This document shows, one piece after another, positions 9,324-18,538 of a DNA stretch of 64,000 nucleotides. The stretch is from an uncultured Gemmatimonadales bacterium (GTDB lineage Bacteria > Gemmatimonadota > Gemmatimonadetes > Gemmatimonadales > GWC2-71-9): the NCBI GenBank assembly GCA_963812755.1, contig CAWEWK010000010.1, forward strand, positions 107,872-171,871. The letters run 5' to 3'. Each line of letters begins with the position of its first letter. Position 1 is the first letter of the stretch. Below the pieces are notes generated by a model. It made no database searches, was not told the origin of the DNA, and saw only the letters and a list, made by a program, of their open reading frames with translations. The translations under genes and the position numbers were made by a program.

Positions 9324-10687
9324 GACGACTCCCGGGTCAAACCGTATCGTTCGATCTTCTTGTACAGGTTCGATCGCGGCATCTTCAGCGCCCGCGCGGT
9401 CTCGGAGACGTTCCAGTCGTGTTCGCGAAGCTGCTGGGCCAGGAAATTCTTCTCCGCTTCCTGCTTGAAGGTCTCGAACGTGGGACTGCCTCCGGCCGTC
9501 GTCGCCAGCCCCGCCCCTCCGTCTCCCGCCGGGAGCAGGCGGTCGATGTCGGCAGCGGTCACCATCTTGCCCGAGGCCAGGATCAGCGCCCGCTCCACCG
9601 CGTTCCTCAGCTCCCGAATGTTGCCGGGCCACTGGCGTGCCTGAAGTCGGCGGATCGCATCTTCGGCGAATGCCTTTCCCGGCACTCCGGCTCCGGCGGA
9701 CAGCCCTTCGGCGAAGTACGCCACCAACGCGGGCACGTCCTCCAGCCGGTCGCGCAACGGCGGGACCTCGATCGGGACCACGTTCAGACGGTAGAGGAGG
9801 TCCTCCCGGAATCGCCCCTCCCCGATCTCGGACTCGAGGTCCTTGTTGGTGGCGGCCAACACTCGGACGTCTACTTGAATGGACTTCGATCCCCCAATTC
9901 TGGTGACCACGCCTTCCTGAAGCACCCGGAGCAGCTTGGCCTGAGCCGAGAGCGACATGTCGCCCACTTCGTCCAGGAAGAGAGTACCGCCGTCCGCCTG
10001 CTCGAACTTGCCGGCCCGATCGGCGAAGGCACCGGTAAACGACCCTTTCATATGCCCGAACAGCTCGCTTTCGATCAGCTCGGACGGAATGGCGGCACAG
10101 TTTACCTCCACGAATGCCTGCTCCCGCCGGGGCGATGTCTCGTAAAGCGCCCGGGCCACCAGCTCCTTACCGGTGCCGTTCTCCCCGGTGATGAGCACGC
10201 GGGCCGCGGTGGGACCGACCTTGGCGATCAGCTCTCGTACCGAGTGCAGCGCGGGGCTATTGCCCACCATGGTGTAGCGGCTCTCGTGTGCCTCCTTGAG
10301 CCGGGCATTTTCCCCCACCAGCTCAGCGTGAGCCAGCGCGTTGCGGACCGTCAGCAGCAGGCGGTCGGTATCCAGCGGCTTTTCCAGGAAGTCGAACGCG
10401 CCGCGCTGAGTGGCCTCCACCGCGGTGGCGATGGTGCCGTGGCCCGAGATCATCACGATCTGAGCCCTGCTGTCGAGATCGCGCAATCGAGTCAGGGTCT
10501 CCAAGCCGTCCAACCCCGCCATTTTCACGTCGAGGAAGACCAGGTGCGGGCGGAACTCGGAGTACAGGGTGATCGCTTCTCCGCCCGAGGCGGCGACCCG
10601 CACCTCGAGATCCTCATACTCGAGAACCTGCTTGAGTGCCTGGCGGATGCCGGCTTCGTCGTCGACGATGAGAACCCGATGACTCAT
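9320..10687 (-). CDS. sigma54-dependent Fis-family response regulator (NtrC/NtrX type)
   Basis: Receiver domain RVLIVDDE...FLDVKM. AAA+ domain with Walker A GENGTGKE and GSFTGA (GAFTGA-like) loop. C-terminal HTH NVSETARALKMPRSNLYKKI. True ATG at 10687 overlaps the upstream stop. Confidence 0.9.
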   Translation of the reverse strand: MSHRVLIVDDEAGIRQALKQVLEYEDLEVRVAASGGEAITLYSEFRPHLVFLDVKMAGLDGLETLTRLRDLDSRAQIVMISGHGTIATAVEATQRGAFDFLEKPLDTDRLLLTVRNALAHAELVGENARLKEAHESRYTMVGNSPALHSVRELIAKVGPTAARVLITGENGTGKELVARALYETSPRREQAFVEVNCAAIPSELIESELFGHMKGSFTGAFADRAGKFEQADGGTLFLDEVGDMSLSAQAKLLRVLQEGVVTRIGGSKSIQVDVRVLAATNKDLESEIGEGRFREDLLYRLNVVPIEVPPLRDRLEDVPALVAYFAEGLSAGAGVPGKAFAEDAIRRLQARQWPGNIRELRNAVERALILASGKMVTAADIDRLLPAGDGGAGLATTAGGSPTFETFKQEAEKNFLAQQLREHDWNVSETARALKMPRSNLYKKIERYGLTRESS

Positions 10688-11331
10688 GGGCGGGGTGCTC
10701 CGTACAAGGTGGCGCCGGCCGGCCGGATTCTGATGTCGCGAACTCCTGCCGGCACCCGCAGCGGGATCGCCTCCCTGGTGGAATCGCCCAGCGCCCGGGA
10801 GACCAGCTTGGGCACGACGTCGGCCGGCACCGGAAAGTCTCGCAGCCGAAAGGAGCGTACCGCCCACTCGCCTTTGCCGGCCCCGAGCACCCGGACCGGG
10901 CCGGCGGCCTCCACCGGCTCGGTCTCCCGCAGCGCTACCGCCAGCGGTCCCACCAGCTCCTTGGGCAGTCTGCCGGTGCGCAGTCTTCCTTTCACGGCGA
11001 TCTCGCCATCGAGCAGCCGCACCTCCAGCGAATCGAGCTGTCCTCGCACCATGGGATCCATTCCGCTGCCCACGAGAGATGCCATTTCCGCCGCCGTCAA
11101 CACCACTGAGTCGGCGCGCCAGCCATTCAGTGAGTCGATCTTCGAGCGGGCCGACCGGAGAGCCCGAGCCCCCGGGCGTCCGGTGGCCTCGGCGGGAGCG
11201 ACCGACGGAGCACCGCCTATCAGCCGGCGACCTTCCCGCAGGACCCGGTCCCGATAAAGCCACCCCAGCGCGAGCGCCGCGATCAAGCCGAGCATCACGA
11301 GCAGCTTGAAGGGAGCGGTCACCCAACCCAT
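10684..11331 (-). CDS. hypothetical membrane-anchored protein
   Basis: N-terminal TM helix FKLLVMLGLIAALALGWLY. 215 aa, GC3-rich. Both junctions overlap neighbouring genes (TGATG and ATGA). Confidence 0.55.
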   Translation of the reverse strand: MGWVTAPFKLLVMLGLIAALALGWLYRDRVLREGRRLIGGAPSVAPAEATGRPGARALRSARSKIDSLNGWRADSVVLTAAEMASLVGSGMDPMVRGQLDSLEVRLLDGEIAVKGRLRTGRLPKELVGPLAVALRETEPVEAAGPVRVLGAGKGEWAVRSFRLRDFPVPADVVPKLVSRALGDSTREAIPLRVPAGVRDIRIRPAGATLYGAPRP

Positions 11332-11885
11332 CAGGCGCCGAGGTTCAGCGTGAGGCGGGCGTCGTAGTGCGGCCCTCCCGTAGTGAGCACGCTCTCGTAA
11401 AGCGCCAGCTCCGACGCCAGGCAGGCCACCCGCTCGTAGGCATCGCTGAATTCCTTCATTCCGCCGGGCGGGAGCTTCTGGCCCTCGCGCACCCGTCCCA
11501 GGGTAACGTGGGGCCGGAACGGCGCCCCTTCAGGTGGAAACCCGATCGCCTCGCAGCCGCGCTCCAGCCGGTCCTGGAGCAGCTCCAAAGCGGGCGGCGT
11601 GGCAAATCCGATCCAGAGCACCCGCGGGCGTGAGCCACCTGGAAACGAGCCCAGCTCATCCAGCTGAAGCGGTAGCTCCCCGGTTCCCCGTGCCGCGAAG
11701 CGCATCGCTTCCTCGATCACCTCGAGTCGTTCCGGAGCCACCTCGCCGAAAAACTTGAGCGTGAGGTGGAGCCCCTCATCGCGCACCCACCGCACCGGCC
11801 AGCCGGTGGCCCGGAGCTGCGCCAGGAGTCCGAGGATCTGACCGCGGGCAGGCTCTGGAACCGGAACCGCGGCGAACAATCGCAT
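11331..11885 (-). CDS. thpR: RNA 2',3'-cyclic phosphodiesterase (2H family, ThpR/LigT)
   Basis: Two HxT/S motifs (HLTLKFFGEV and HVTLGRV) at the expected spacing. ATG 11885 overlaps the upstream stop by 1 nt (TGATG). Confidence 0.85.
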   Translation of the reverse strand: MRLFAAVPVPEPARGQILGLLAQLRATGWPVRWVRDEGLHLTLKFFGEVAPERLEVIEEAMRFAARGTGELPLQLDELGSFPGGSRPRVLWIGFATPPALELLQDRLERGCEAIGFPPEGAPFRPHVTLGRVREGQKLPPGGMKEFSDAYERVACLASELALYESVLTTGGPHYDARLTLNLGA

Positions 11886-12694
11886 CAGGCGCCCGGCAAA
11901 GACGCCACCGCCAAGAGACTGCCACGTCGATAACCTTCGGGGTCCAGCTCTACCCCGGAGAACCCGAACCCGATGAAGACCGGTGCGACGGTTTCCCAAA
12001 TGGCGCGCAAGCGGGGCAACTGATCCGGGGCAGCCTCGATCCGCGCCGTGCTCCCGTGGTGCCGAACCCGAAGGTCACCGGTCACGCCTACCGTGCGGAG
12101 GTACGCCTCTGCCGCTTCAACCTGCCGCAAGCGCTCGGGGGTGATTTCCAACCCATACACTACCCGGCTCGAGAGGCAGGGTGCCGCGGGAGCGTCCCAG
12201 GTGGGCAGCCCAAGCGCGCGCGACGCCGCACGGATCGCCGACTTGCTCCATCCCAGCTCTGCCAACGGCGAGCGCACGCCGTGGTCGATCGATGCCTGAA
12301 GTCCGGGCCGATGCTCTCTCAGATCGTCCGCATTGGTCCCGTCGATCACCACGTCAAAGCCGCGATCCCGGGCCACCTCCTCTAACCGGGACCACAGCTC
12401 GGACTTGCAGAAGAAGCAGCGATTGGTCGGGTTGGCGAGATAGCGCGGATCGCCCAGCTCCCGCGTCTCGATGTCGAGCAGCGGCACGTCGAAGCGCTCG
12501 GCCAGCTCCACCGCCCCGCGCCACTGGACCTCGGGATAGGAAGCGCTCCGCCCGATCACGGCGAGAAATCGATCGCGTCCCAGCGTCTGCCGGCCGACCA
12601 CCGCCAACAGAGCGGAGTCGACCCCGCCGGAGTAGCCGAGCAGCACCCGGCCCAGGTCCAGCAAGTGATTGCGCAGCAGCTCCAGGTTCGCCAT
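11885..12694 (-). CDS. PP-loop ATP-dependent sulfur transferase, LarE-type (TIGR00268-like)
   Basis: PP-loop LLGYSGGVDSALLAV. Cys motifs NRCFFCK and APCLSSR. Start taken at ATG 12694 (MANLELLRNH) rather than the track start at 12760. Confidence 0.8.
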   Translation of the reverse strand: MANLELLRNHLLDLGRVLLGYSGGVDSALLAVVGRQTLGRDRFLAVIGRSASYPEVQWRGAVELAERFDVPLLDIETRELGDPRYLANPTNRCFFCKSELWSRLEEVARDRGFDVVIDGTNADDLREHRPGLQASIDHGVRSPLAELGWSKSAIRAASRALGLPTWDAPAAPCLSSRVVYGLEITPERLRQVEAAEAYLRTVGVTGDLRVRHHGSTARIEAAPDQLPRLRAIWETVAPVFIGFGFSGVELDPEGYRRGSLLAVASLPGA

Positions 12695-12740
12695 AGCGCA
12701 GTAACGTAAAATGGTGAGAAGTGAGAAGTAAGAACTCGGT

Positions 12741-13193
12741 ATGAGTACCTTTGGCGACATGGCCGGCTATCTCGAGATCACCCCAGCCTTGAGCCTGCCG
12801 CTGGATGAGCTGGACTACCGCGCCTCGCGCTCCGGCGGGCCGGGGGGTCAGCACGTGAACACGTCCTCCACTCGGGTGGAGGTGTCGTGGGACGTGGCCG
12901 GTTCGCCCTCGCTCACCGACGAGCAGCGGACTCGACTGCTCACTCGACTGGCTTCGCGGCTCGACTCCGGTGGGCGGCTGAGGTTGGTGTCGAGCGGGTC
13001 CCGCAGCCAGTTGCGCAACCGGGAGGAAGTGACCGAGCGATTACGGGAGGTCGTCGCGGCGGGGCTGATAATTCCGAAGGCTCGGAAACGGACCAAACCG
13101 AGTCGGGCGGCAAAGGCGGCGCGGCTGGAGGCAAAGCGGCGCCGGTCGGCCACCAAGCAGGAGCGACGCCGGCGGCCGGGACTCGACGAATGA
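12741..13193 (+). CDS. arfB: alternative ribosome-rescue factor ArfB (peptidyl-tRNA hydrolase, GGQ class)
   Basis: GGQ motif in SGGPGGQHVNTSSTRV. Basic C-terminal tail KRTKPSRAAKAARLEAKRRRSATKQERRRR. 150 aa. Confidence 0.9.
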   Translation: MSTFGDMAGYLEITPALSLPLDELDYRASRSGGPGGQHVNTSSTRVEVSWDVAGSPSLTDEQRTRLLTRLASRLDSGGRLRLVSSGSRSQLRNREEVTERLREVVAAGLIIPKARKRTKPSRAAKAARLEAKRRRSATKQERRRRPGLDE

Positions 13194-14017
13194 CTGGAGG
13201 TGCAGAGCCTCTGGGTACGGTCGCCTCGCTCTGGCGCTATCCCGTGAAGTCCATGATGGGAGAGGAGCTGAGCGTGGCCACGGTGACGGGACGTGGCCTG
13301 CTGGGAGATCGCGCGTATGCCTTGGTGGACCGCGCCGATGGAAAAGTCGCCACCGCGAAGAACCCCCGGAAGTGGCCGCAGCTGTTCGAGTGTCACGCCG
13401 TCTTTGTCAACGAACCGAGCCCCGGCGCCAAGCTGCCGCCGGTCCGGATTACCCTGCCGGATGGTGCGGTGGTCACCAGCGAGCAGCGCGACGTGAGCCA
13501 GGTCCTCTCCCAGGCGCTCCACCGCGACGTGACCCTCGACGGAACCGAGCGCGCCAACCGAACGCCCCGGGCCGAGGAGTACTGGCCGGACATGGCGGGC
13601 CTGGATTACCGAGACACCGTCACCGACTTCACTCTGCCGGAAGGAACGTTTTTCGATGCCGCCGTCGTTCATCTCCTCACCACTGCCACCCTCGATCGGC
13701 TCAGCGAGTTGTATCCTCAGGGTCGTTTCGAGGTTCGCCGATTCCGGCCGAATATCGTCGTGGACACCCGCGGGGTGAGGGACTTCGTCGAGAATGGTTG
13801 GGTCGGTGCGACGCTCGCCATCGGGAACGCCGTGCGCCTGAGCATCACCCGCCCCTGCGGCCGCTGCGTGATGACCACTCTGTCCCAGGGAGACCTGCCG
13901 AAGGATCCGGGTATCCTGCGCACCGCGGTTCAGCACAACAAGGCGAGCGTTGGCCTCTACGCGTCGGTGTCGCAGGGAGGTGAAGTTTGCCGCGGAGATT
14001 CCATCAGGTTGGAGTAG
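13190..14017 (+). CDS. MOSC domain-containing protein
   Basis: N-terminal beta-barrel motif LWRYPVKSMMGEEL. MOSC core RFRPNIVV and PCGRCVMTT. ATG 13190 overlaps the arfB TGA (ATGA). Confidence 0.85.
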   Translation: MTGGAEPLGTVASLWRYPVKSMMGEELSVATVTGRGLLGDRAYALVDRADGKVATAKNPRKWPQLFECHAVFVNEPSPGAKLPPVRITLPDGAVVTSEQRDVSQVLSQALHRDVTLDGTERANRTPRAEEYWPDMAGLDYRDTVTDFTLPEGTFFDAAVVHLLTTATLDRLSELYPQGRFEVRRFRPNIVVDTRGVRDFVENGWVGATLAIGNAVRLSITRPCGRCVMTTLSQGDLPKDPGILRTAVQHNKASVGLYASVSQGGEVCRGDSIRLE

Positions 14018-14031
14018 TTGGTGTCGAGCCC

Positions 14032-14520
14032 CTAGTTTCCCACCCGCTCGTACACCAGCGGCGTCCGATAGAGCACCGAGTAGGTGAACTCCAGCCCTTC
14101 CGCTGTGAGCCTGCCCACGAAATGCGGCGGAGCAATACACAGAATCAGTGCGTCGGTTGGGCAGGCAAAGTCGACTTCGATCCGACTCCCTGAGCGCCGA
14201 TAGCTGAACTCCCGGGCGTAGCGGCGCTTGATCTCCCCCTCGGGCAGCGTCTCATCGATGGCCAGCTCGACCCCTCTCTCGATGCCGCTGCCGCCGGACC
14301 CGAGCCGGATGGTGTCGCCGATGACGACCAGGTTGGCCGCCAGGTTGCCGACTACGGGCGGCGGGCTGCCGGCCAGGCTCCGCAGCACGTAGAGACCGGC
14401 CAGACCGCCGCTCTCACCCTGATCGTCGCCGGTGGGGCGTGGAGTGGTCGAGCCGCCCTGCTGGCACGAGGCCAGCATCCACGCGGTGAGAGCGAACGGG
14501 GGAATCCTCGCGTTCCACAT
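14032..14520 (-). CDS. hypothetical lipoprotein
   Basis: ATG 14520 gives MWNARIPPFALTAWMLASCQQ (lipobox LASC). No family recognised. Confidence 0.5.
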   Translation of the reverse strand: MWNARIPPFALTAWMLASCQQGGSTTPRPTGDDQGESGGLAGLYVLRSLAGSPPPVVGNLAANLVVIGDTIRLGSGGSGIERGVELAIDETLPEGEIKRRYAREFSYRRSGSRIEVDFACPTDALILCIAPPHFVGRLTAEGLEFTYSVLYRTPLVYERVGN

Positions 14521-14676
14521 CGGATCCTCCAGAGCCTTGGTTGACCGGAGCCGCCTAACCAGATGGACACCCCGAGAGTCCTCCTTGTCACCGGCCGCCG
14601 GCTCCAACCTGGGGAGTTGTGCCGGGCTGTACCCTGATACAAATTCCGACGACCGCATCAACCGATTCGAAACCCG

Positions 14677-16215
14677 CTACGCCGCGGCCCTCTTTCGGTC
14701 CAGACTGCGATACTGGATGGCTTCGGTTACGTGCGCCGGCAGCAGCTCGCCGGCCTCGTCGAGATCGGCGATAGTGCGCGCGATCTTGAGCACTCGGTGA
14801 TAGGCCCGGGCCGATAGCCCCAGCCGGTTGACCGCATCGCGGAGCAGGGTTTCGACCGCATCAGACAGTCGGCAGTGGCGCCTGAGATCCCGCGCAGTCA
14901 TGTGGGCGTTGGCGTGCACCCCTGGTTGGCCCCGGAACCGCTCCCGCTGGAGCCGGCGCGCCCGCTCCACCCGTTCACGGATGGCAAGGCTGGGCTCCTC
15001 CGACCGAGCGCCAACCAAGTCTCGGTAGGCGACGGCGGGCACCTCCAGGTGAATGTCGATCCGGTCCAGCAGTGGCCCCGACACCCGGGAGCGATAGCGC
15101 TCGACATCGAGCGGGCCGCAGCGGCAGGGGTGAACCGGGTCCCCGTAATGCCCGCAGGGACAGGGGTTCATCGCCGCCGCGAGCATCACCCGAGCCGGAT
15201 AGGTGAGACTCACCGCCGCCCGGCCCAGCGATACGATGCCGTCCTCCAGAGGCTGGCGCAGCACCTCGAGGACGTTTCGGCGGAACTCGGGCAGCTCATC
15301 GAGGAACAGCACTCCACCGTGGGCCAGGCTGACCTCTCCCGGGCGCGGGTTGGAGCCTCCGCCGATGAGGCCCGCATCGCTGATGGTATGGTGCGGCGCC
15401 CGGAATGGTCGAACGGCGCAGAGCGACCGGCCCGACGCCAGAGTTCCGGCGACGCTGTGGATCTTGGTGGTTTCCAGCGCCTCGTCGAGGCTCATGGAAG
15501 GAAGGATGGTGGGCAACCGGCGGGCGAGCATGGTCTTGCCGGCTCCAGGCGGTCCGATGAGCAGAATGTTGTGAGCACCCGCTGCCGCGACCTCGAGCGC
15601 TCGCTTGGCGGCGGCCTGGCTCCGGACATCCGCGAAATCCACCGCATCGTGCACCCGTTCCGCCATGAGGGCAGTCAGGTCCACGGTCGTAGCCGGAAGG
15701 GGACATTCGCCGGTCAGGTGGACGCAGACCTCATGCAGAGTGCGGGCTCCGAGGACTTGTAGCCCCTCCACGACGGCAGCCTCGGAAACGTTGTCGCAGG
15801 GCAGCAGCAGGGTCCGGCATCCGGCCGTACGGGCGGCGAGGGCCATGGAGAGCGCGCCGCGCACCGGGCGAAGGTCGCCCTCGAGGCCGACTTCGCCCAG
15901 GACCAGCGTGTCGCGGAGATCGCTGATCGGGAGCTGCCCGCTGGCCACCAGGAGGCCGAGAGCGATCGGCAGGTCGAACGCGGAACCATCCTTGCGTATG
16001 TCCGCGGGGGCCAAGTTCACAGTGATTCTGCGGAGCGGGAACGAGAACCCGGCGTTGGCCAATGCGGCGCTGACCCGTTCCCTTCCCTCCTTCACCGCTC
16101 CCTGCGGGAGGCCGACGGTGGAGAACGAGGGCAACCCGTTGCTGATGTCCACCTCCACATCGACCGGATAGGCGTCGATGCCGAGGACGGCGGCAGAGCG
16201 GATCCGGGCTAGCAT
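14677..16215 (-). CDS. YifB/ComM family Mg-chelatase-like AAA+ ATPase
   Basis: Start MLARIRSAAVLGIDAYPVDVEVDISNGLPSF (ATG 16215). Walker A LIGPPGAGKTMLA. GVLFLDELPEF. C-terminal RAYHRVLKIARTIADL. Confidence 0.9.
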   Translation of the reverse strand: MLARIRSAAVLGIDAYPVDVEVDISNGLPSFSTVGLPQGAVKEGRERVSAALANAGFSFPLRRITVNLAPADIRKDGSAFDLPIALGLLVASGQLPISDLRDTLVLGEVGLEGDLRPVRGALSMALAARTAGCRTLLLPCDNVSEAAVVEGLQVLGARTLHEVCVHLTGECPLPATTVDLTALMAERVHDAVDFADVRSQAAAKRALEVAAAGAHNILLIGPPGAGKTMLARRLPTILPSMSLDEALETTKIHSVAGTLASGRSLCAVRPFRAPHHTISDAGLIGGGSNPRPGEVSLAHGGVLFLDELPEFRRNVLEVLRQPLEDGIVSLGRAAVSLTYPARVMLAAAMNPCPCGHYGDPVHPCRCGPLDVERYRSRVSGPLLDRIDIHLEVPAVAYRDLVGARSEEPSLAIRERVERARRLQRERFRGQPGVHANAHMTARDLRRHCRLSDAVETLLRDAVNRLGLSARAYHRVLKIARTIADLDEAGELLPAHVTEAIQYRSLDRKRAAA

Positions 16216-16351
16216 GGGAAGCCACCGGGTCGAGGCCACGGCAAGGTAGAGCTTCCCGGCGTCGCGGGCGGTACCCGGCTCCCGCGCGCGCCATCTCAAT
16301 CCCGCGGTTCCCCGGTCACGACGGGGAAGAAAGGTTCGGCAGAGTCGCTCG

Positions 16352-16807
16352 ATGCGTCCCCTCTCTTGGTGCGCCCTACTCCTGGTTTCGGTTGCCGCCT
16401 GCGCCATGCCGCGGGTTGGCGGCGCCCCTGTCGCTCCGGTGGAGCGGGCCTGGGTGGTCCCCACGCTCGATCTCTACGCCGGGTGGTGGGCCGAGACCGA
16501 GTCCTGTGCCGGGGTCAAAGGCGACATGTCTCGGGTTACCTTCTACGCGGTAGACACTCCCTCGGGGGGAATCTCGTTGGGCAAGGACGTGGCCCACGGC
16601 TGGTGGGTCCGGGAAGGCAACCGGATCTATCTTCCCGCCAATGCACTGGGCGAGGAGTGGTTGGTACGCCATGAGATGTTGCACTCGCTGCTCCAGCGGG
16701 GCAGCCATCCGACCGAAATGTTCGTTCGGGGCTGCCACCTGGCCTCCGCGCCGGTGTTCCGGGATTCGACCCTCACAGCCGATCCGGGGAACCCCCAGGG
16801 CCACTAA
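16352..16807 (+). CDS. hypothetical lipoprotein with HExxH motif
   Basis: Signal/lipobox LLLVSVAACA. Single HEMLH motif. 151 aa. Followed by a hairpin at 16814-16842. Confidence 0.5.
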   Translation: MRPLSWCALLLVSVAACAMPRVGGAPVAPVERAWVVPTLDLYAGWWAETESCAGVKGDMSRVTFYAVDTPSGGISLGKDVAHGWWVREGNRIYLPANALGEEWLVRHEMLHSLLQRGSHPTEMFVRGCHLASAPVFRDSTLTADPGNPQGH

Positions 16808-16813
16808 GACCTC

Positions 16814-16842
16814 CCGGGTGGGCACCACCCGGCCCCCGTTTT
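16814..16842 (+). terminator. putative intrinsic terminator
   Basis: CCGGGTGG-gca-CCACCCGG stem-loop followed by CCCCCGTTTT. Short T tract, so weak. Confidence 0.4.
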
Positions 16843-16937
16843 GCTGCAACTTCTGCCGTGACACTGTCTAGCGAGCCTTCCCAACTACTTAGGACGCATC
16901 CGGCGGGTCATCTCGCAAACTGCGGGAGCAACAGCTC

Positions 16938-18515
16938 ATGAAGCGGACCTTCCCCCGAGCGCGGTGGATCGCGCTCGCATCCATCGTGGCAATCTCCTTC
17001 GTCAGCGGCGGCTGGCTGCTCCGGCCCCGCCCCGCGGCGGAAGGGGGGGTCTACCAGCAAGCCCGCCTGTTCGAAGACGTCGTCGCAGCCATCAACCGGC
17101 ATTACATCGATTCGCTGGCCGAGGGGGATCTCTACCAGCGCGCCGCCACCGCCCTGGTTGGGTCGCTGCAGGATCCCTATGCCGAGCTGCTGATCAAGGA
17201 GAGCTACCGCGAGTACCAGCGGCAGATGACCGGAACCGAGGTTGACGTGGCTCCCGAGGGGCCCACTGAGTCCGGCCTGGAGTGGAAGGCAAGCAGCGGG
17301 ATTGGGCCGGGAGATGAGATCCTGAGCATTGACGGCCGGAGCACTCGGGGATGGTCGCCACGCAAGGTGGATGAGGCGTTGCGAGGTGGAAGCCGCCCGA
17401 CCGTAACCGTGATCGTGCGGCCGCGCGGATCGGACCGGGCGGAGGTGCGCCGCCTGACCCGAACCGCGGTGCATGTTCCCGCCGCCTCTTCCGGAGTACT
17501 GCTCGAGGGACGGGTCGGCTATGTGGTGCTCCACCGCCTGAGCCAGGGTGCGTCGCAGGAGCTCCAGGCCGTGGTCGACCGGATGATCGGCGAAGGGATG
17601 AAGTCGTTGGTGCTCGACCTGCGGTCCAATCCCGGAGGGTTGATCCGCGAGGGCGTCAAGGTGTCGAGTCTCTTCCTGGAGCTGGGGGATACCGTGGCCG
17701 TCTCCACCGGTCGCACCGCCCGCCACTCGAGGACCTATGTGGCCTCCTCGCCGGCCGGGTGGGACAGCCTTCGCGTAGCGCTGCTGGTGAACCGGGGCAC
17801 CGCCAGCTCGGCCGAGCTGATCGCGGGAGCGCTGCAGGACCACGACCGAGCGGTGATCGTGGGCACGCCTTCATACGGAAAAGGCGTGCTCCAGACCACC
17901 TACCCTCTCGGCGATGAAGTCGCGATCAAGCTGACTACCGCCCGGTGGTATACCCCCAGCGGTCGCACCGTGCAGCGGCCACGCCCTGATGCCGTGGGAG
18001 GTCAGGCCAACCGCACTCCGGCGCTGGCGCCGCAGATCTTCCGTAGCGATGCCGGCCGGCCGATTCCGGATGCCAGCGGAATCCTTCCTGACCTCATGGT
18101 GCGCTCCTCGCTCCGCTCGGATGGGGAACGAGTGCTCCACACCGCGCTGGGTGAAGACCTCGACCAGTTCCGCACGGTATTGACCGGCTACGTCGCCGAG
18201 CTGCGGGGCAGCGGAGCGGTCAGTGACGAGACCTTCCAGATTACGCCGGCGATGAGAGAAGCCCTCTTTCAGCGGCTCCAGGAGGACAAGGTTCCGCTGA
18301 GCCGGGAAACCTTCGATGCCGCGGCGTCCTACGTCGACGAGCAACTGGGCTACGAGATCAGTCGGGAGTTGTTCGGGACCGAATCGGTGGTGCGGCGCCA
18401 GGCCAAGGCCGACCGCCAGCTCCAGGCGGCGCTACGCGTGCTCCGGAAGGCGCATACCCAGCAGGATGTACTCACCGCCGCCGTTGCGGCGCAGGTAGCG
18501 GGTCAGACGCGTTAG
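16938..18515 (+). CDS. S41 family C-terminal processing peptidase
   Basis: PDZ region GDEILSIDG. Catalytic region VNRGTASSAELIAGALQDHDRAVIVGTPSYGKG. N-terminal TM anchor. Confidence 0.9.
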   Translation: MKRTFPRARWIALASIVAISFVSGGWLLRPRPAAEGGVYQQARLFEDVVAAINRHYIDSLAEGDLYQRAATALVGSLQDPYAELLIKESYREYQRQMTGTEVDVAPEGPTESGLEWKASSGIGPGDEILSIDGRSTRGWSPRKVDEALRGGSRPTVTVIVRPRGSDRAEVRRLTRTAVHVPAASSGVLLEGRVGYVVLHRLSQGASQELQAVVDRMIGEGMKSLVLDLRSNPGGLIREGVKVSSLFLELGDTVAVSTGRTARHSRTYVASSPAGWDSLRVALLVNRGTASSAELIAGALQDHDRAVIVGTPSYGKGVLQTTYPLGDEVAIKLTTARWYTPSGRTVQRPRPDAVGGQANRTPALAPQIFRSDAGRPIPDASGILPDLMVRSSLRSDGERVLHTALGEDLDQFRTVLTGYVAELRGSGAVSDETFQITPAMREALFQRLQEDKVPLSRETFDAAASYVDEQLGYEISRELFGTESVVRRQAKADRQLQAALRVLRKAHTQQDVLTAAVAAQVAGQTR

Positions 18516-18538
18516 AACCGGGCGCAGCGCGGCGCGCC

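Noticed and set aside
9419-11257. 612-aa ORF on the plus strand
   Set aside because: It lies entirely antisense to the sigma54 activator and the hypothetical gene. The Arg/Pro/Gly-rich composition is typical of shadow ORFs in high-GC DNA, no domain motifs are present, and the opposite strand has unambiguous motifs.
12848-14140. 430-aa minus-strand ORF
   Set aside because: It is antisense to arfB and the MOSC gene, whose GGQ and MOSC motifs are unambiguous.
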